DNA from: a virus | DNA length: 64,000 nucleotides | Reading direction: 5' to 3' (one strand) | IMG/VR virus record: IMGVR_UViG_3300042898_002514 | Shown here: piece by piece, positions 61,638-64,000 of the stretch | How the letters are laid out: every line of letters starts with the position of its first letter | Position numbering within the stretch: position 1 is the stretch's first letter | The notes under the pieces: generated by a model | What the model was told of the DNA's origin: nothing | The model's database searches: none | The model's input: only the letters and a program-made list of their open reading frames with translations | Position numbers and translations under genes: made by a program

Positions 61638-62063
61638 ATGAAAGTAGGATTCACTTGCTCAACCTTTGATTTATTACACGCTGGTCATGTACAGATGTTA
61701 CGTGAGGCGAAAGAACAATGCGACTATCTTATCTGTGGATTGCAAATGGATCCCAGCTTAGATAGAGCAAACAAAAATGCTCCTATTCAAACCATTGTAG
61801 AGCGTTATACACAACTTAATGCAGTTGGATATGTTGACGAGATTATTCCCTATTGTACCGAAAATGACTTAGAAGACATCTTGGCCATGTATCATATTGA
61901 TGTTAGAATACTAGGTGAGGAATATAGAGATAAAGATTTTACCGGCAAAGATATATGTCGTAAACGAGATATTGAACTTTATTTTAATAAAAGAGATCAT
62001 CGGTTTAGTTCAAGCGATTTAAGAAAACGAGTAACGGAGAGACAAAATGGAAGTACAACCTAA
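61638..62063 (+). CDS. glycerol-3-phosphate cytidylyltransferase-like protein
   Basis: TFDLLHAGH (HxGH), SSSDLR. Confidence 0.88.
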   Translation: MKVGFTCSTFDLLHAGHVQMLREAKEQCDYLICGLQMDPSLDRANKNAPIQTIVERYTQLNAVGYVDEIIPYCTENDLEDILAMYHIDVRILGEEYRDKDFTGKDICRKRDIELYFNKRDHRFSSSDLRKRVTERQNGSTT

Positions 62064-62214
62064 AGATACCAGCAAGGGACATTTTTATGTCAGCCTTGCT
62101 AAGAGTGCGTTACGAGTAATTGCCGGAGGCAATTTAGTTATAGGCAATTTGTTTTGGGCAGGAACATTTCTAATTCTTGCCGAAGTGTTAGGTGTTGTGG
62201 AGGAACTGGTATAA
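62047..62214 (+). CDS. small membrane protein (55 aa)
   Basis: GGAG SD; hydrophobic ...AEVLGVVEELV. Confidence 0.6.
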   Translation: MEVQPKDTSKGHFYVSLAKSALRVIAGGNLVIGNLFWAGTFLILAEVLGVVEELV

Positions 62215-62435
62215 TGTATAAAACTATGTACAAAGAAGTTGAAGTAGATGTAGATCTTTCCGACTTTGAAACAGATGACCTAATTGAAGAATTAGAAAGT
62301 CGTGGGGCAGGTGCTACTGACTACGGGGATGGAAAAGAAATACTGCAGGCCATCTACGAAAAACGTAGAATGAATAAAGATTATCAACAAGAATTAGATC
62401 AATTGATCTGGTTAGGAACAGGAAGAATTGTATGA
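62214..62435 (+). CDS. hypothetical protein
   Basis: TAATG-coupled; VDVDLSDFETDDLIEELESRG. Confidence 0.7.
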   Translation: MYKTMYKEVEVDVDLSDFETDDLIEELESRGAGATDYGDGKEILQAIYEKRRMNKDYQQELDQLIWLGTGRIV

Positions 62436-63352
62436 AAGAACTATGGGTAGAGGCGTATAGGCCCAAGACCATTGACGGTTATGTATGGCGTGATGAAGCG
62501 CAACGTAGGCAGGTCTTAACCTGGATTAAAGATAAAAGTGTTCCACATCTGTTGTTGAGCGGTCCTCCGGGCATTGGAAAAACCACTATGGCCAAGATGT
62601 TGGTCAATGAAATTGGCATTGAAGATGCAGATGTCTTAGAAGTAAACGCCAGTAGAGAAACTGGTATTGAATTTATTAGAGATAAAATTGTTCCTTTTAT
62701 TTCTACTATTGCCTGGGGACCTTTCAAAGTAGTGTTACTTGACGAAGCAGATCGATTGAGTCCCAATGCACAAGATTCTCTAAAAGGTATCATCGAAGAG
62801 TACAGTTCGTTTGCTCGATTCATTCTAACCTGTAATAGTCCAAATAAAATAATGCCTGCACTGCACAGTCGCTGCCAGCAATTTCATTTTACAAAACTTG
62901 ATATTACAGAATACACAGCCAGAGCAGCCACTGTTTTAGTAGAAGAATCAGTTGAATTTGATCTCGAAACACTGGATTTATATGTTAGTACTGCTTATCC
63001 TGATCTTAGAAAATGTCTCAATCTACTACAACAACACGTAACAGATCAAAAACTTTATCCGCCGACCAAAGAAGATGCAGGCACCTTGGAGTGGAAGTTT
63101 GACATGGTAGCATTATTTCAAGCCGGAAAGATACACGATGCTCGTAAACTACTGTGTTCAAAACTTCGTGCTGATGAAATTGAAGAAGTTTATAGATGGT
63201 TGTATGATCATGTAGAGATCTTCGGAGGAGATGAAAGTCAATATCAAGCCATACTTATACTAAAACAAGGGCTAGTTGATCATTCTATGGTTATTGATCC
63301 AGAGATAAATCTGGCTGCGGTACTAATTAAACTTGCTAGAATAAATGCCTGA
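62432..63352 (+). CDS. sliding clamp loader ATPase (T4 gp44/RFC-like)
   Basis: WVEAYRP, GPPGIGKT, NAS, LDEAD, SRC. Confidence 0.93.
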   Translation: MKELWVEAYRPKTIDGYVWRDEAQRRQVLTWIKDKSVPHLLLSGPPGIGKTTMAKMLVNEIGIEDADVLEVNASRETGIEFIRDKIVPFISTIAWGPFKVVLLDEADRLSPNAQDSLKGIIEEYSSFARFILTCNSPNKIMPALHSRCQQFHFTKLDITEYTARAATVLVEESVEFDLETLDLYVSTAYPDLRKCLNLLQQHVTDQKLYPPTKEDAGTLEWKFDMVALFQAGKIHDARKLLCSKLRADEIEEVYRWLYDHVEIFGGDESQYQAILILKQGLVDHSMVIDPEINLAAVLIKLARINA

Positions 63353-63821
63353 AGAGAATACGCCAAACTCAGCCAAGGGAAGGGCCAGTTATGATTCTAC
63401 ATCTACTGGATCTATTATTCCGTTCTTTAACAGAAATGTATCAGAGTATCCCACTGAGGCTGGCGGAGTTAAATTTGATCTAGTGCCTGTCACCAAACAA
63501 AAGGATCTAATGATCAATCATGCTAGGATGTATGCCCAGCAGGAATATGATCGTATCATGGAGTTGGTCAGTGTGTTGGAAAAACAGGCTCAGGCTATCA
63601 AACGTAGATTGGAAATTACAGATTCTGTTCATGCAGCGGTTTATCAATTTCAGGTAGTTATGGGTAATCATTATTGGTTGGTATGGGACAAAAGAAAGCA
63701 ACACACTTTGCTTACACTGCATGGTCCTAATGATTGGTCTACTGGGGCGCCGGAAGATTACGAATATAAGGCCCAAGTAAAGTATATGGGCGATCACACC
63801 TGGATGGAAATAAATGAATAA
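63345..63821 (+). CDS. conserved hypothetical protein (DUF2452-like)
   Basis: YPTEAGG.KF...L.GP.DW...DHTW. Confidence 0.65.
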   Translation: MPEENTPNSAKGRASYDSTSTGSIIPFFNRNVSEYPTEAGGVKFDLVPVTKQKDLMINHARMYAQQEYDRIMELVSVLEKQAQAIKRRLEITDSVHAAVYQFQVVMGNHYWLVWDKRKQHTLLTLHGPNDWSTGAPEDYEYKAQVKYMGDHTWMEINE

Positions 63822-64000
63822 CAGATATATGATTGTAACTTATGTTAAAAAGCCCAATGGCAAGTGGGACGAGTTAACAGAGTTTAAAAACAATATTAGA
63901 ACCAAGCACATTCAAAGTGCCAAGGTTATCCTAGACTTTAAAGAAAAGAAATGTGTTGTAAACAGTCTCAACAGAGAAGCTACATTTGATGATATGTTAG
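63814..64000 (+). CDS. hypothetical protein, runs off window
   Basis: MNNRYMIVTYVKKPNGKWDE..., open to window end. Confidence 0.6.
   Translation, partial: MNNRYMIVTYVKKPNGKWDELTEFKNNIRTKHIQSAKVILDFKEKKCVVNSLNREATFDDML

Noticed and set aside
1-64000. CRISPR array
   Set aside because: No run of identical direct repeats with regular spacers and no cas genes; the stem elements are dispersed inverted repeats.
1-64000. Stop-codon reassignment
   Set aside because: Known genes are full length under code 11, all three stops are used, and no suppressor tRNA is present in the window.

Overview
This window comes from a large tailed dsDNA bacteriophage (T4-superfamily/jumbo-like). It uses the standard genetic code, and its host-like rpoZ, infA, iscU and iscA suggest a proteobacterial host. 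Layout: (1) 1-9.4 kb is a dense array of 27 tRNA genes plus a chimeric pseudo-tRNA, interleaved with unexplained structured non-coding RNAs, a 6-codon leader ORF, rpoZ and 2OG-Fe(II)-oxygenase-like genes that appear inserted at tRNA ends. (2) 9.4-12 kb has small genes (infA, phosphatases). (3) 12-23.3 kb is an AT-rich island of oxygenase-like paralogs, two fatty-acid desaturases, a sterol-desaturase-like gene, three asparagine-synthase-like (PP-loop) genes, GNATs and a cupin. (4) 23.4-38 kb has a tail fibre, a stand-alone 111-nt tRNA-like RNA, an Hc1 histone-like gene, thyX, kdsB, queD, kdsA, glycosyltransferases, uvsE, sod, iscU and iscA. (5) 38-59 kb has giant baseplate/tail-fibre genes. (6) 59-64 kb has a DnaE fragment, groES, ugd, a MazG-like gene, a tagD-like gene and a clamp loader. 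The strongest novelty candidates lie in the tRNA array: a Lys-codon leader peptide with mutually exclusive hairpins that can sequester the 5' end of tRNA-Lys; four covarying long stems enclosing unrelated 'cargo' sequences; a promoter-driven RNA with a strict 7-nt UUG periodicity; and tRNA-anchored gene-cassette capture. All structures were folded by eye and all family calls rest on motif recognition; no searches were run.
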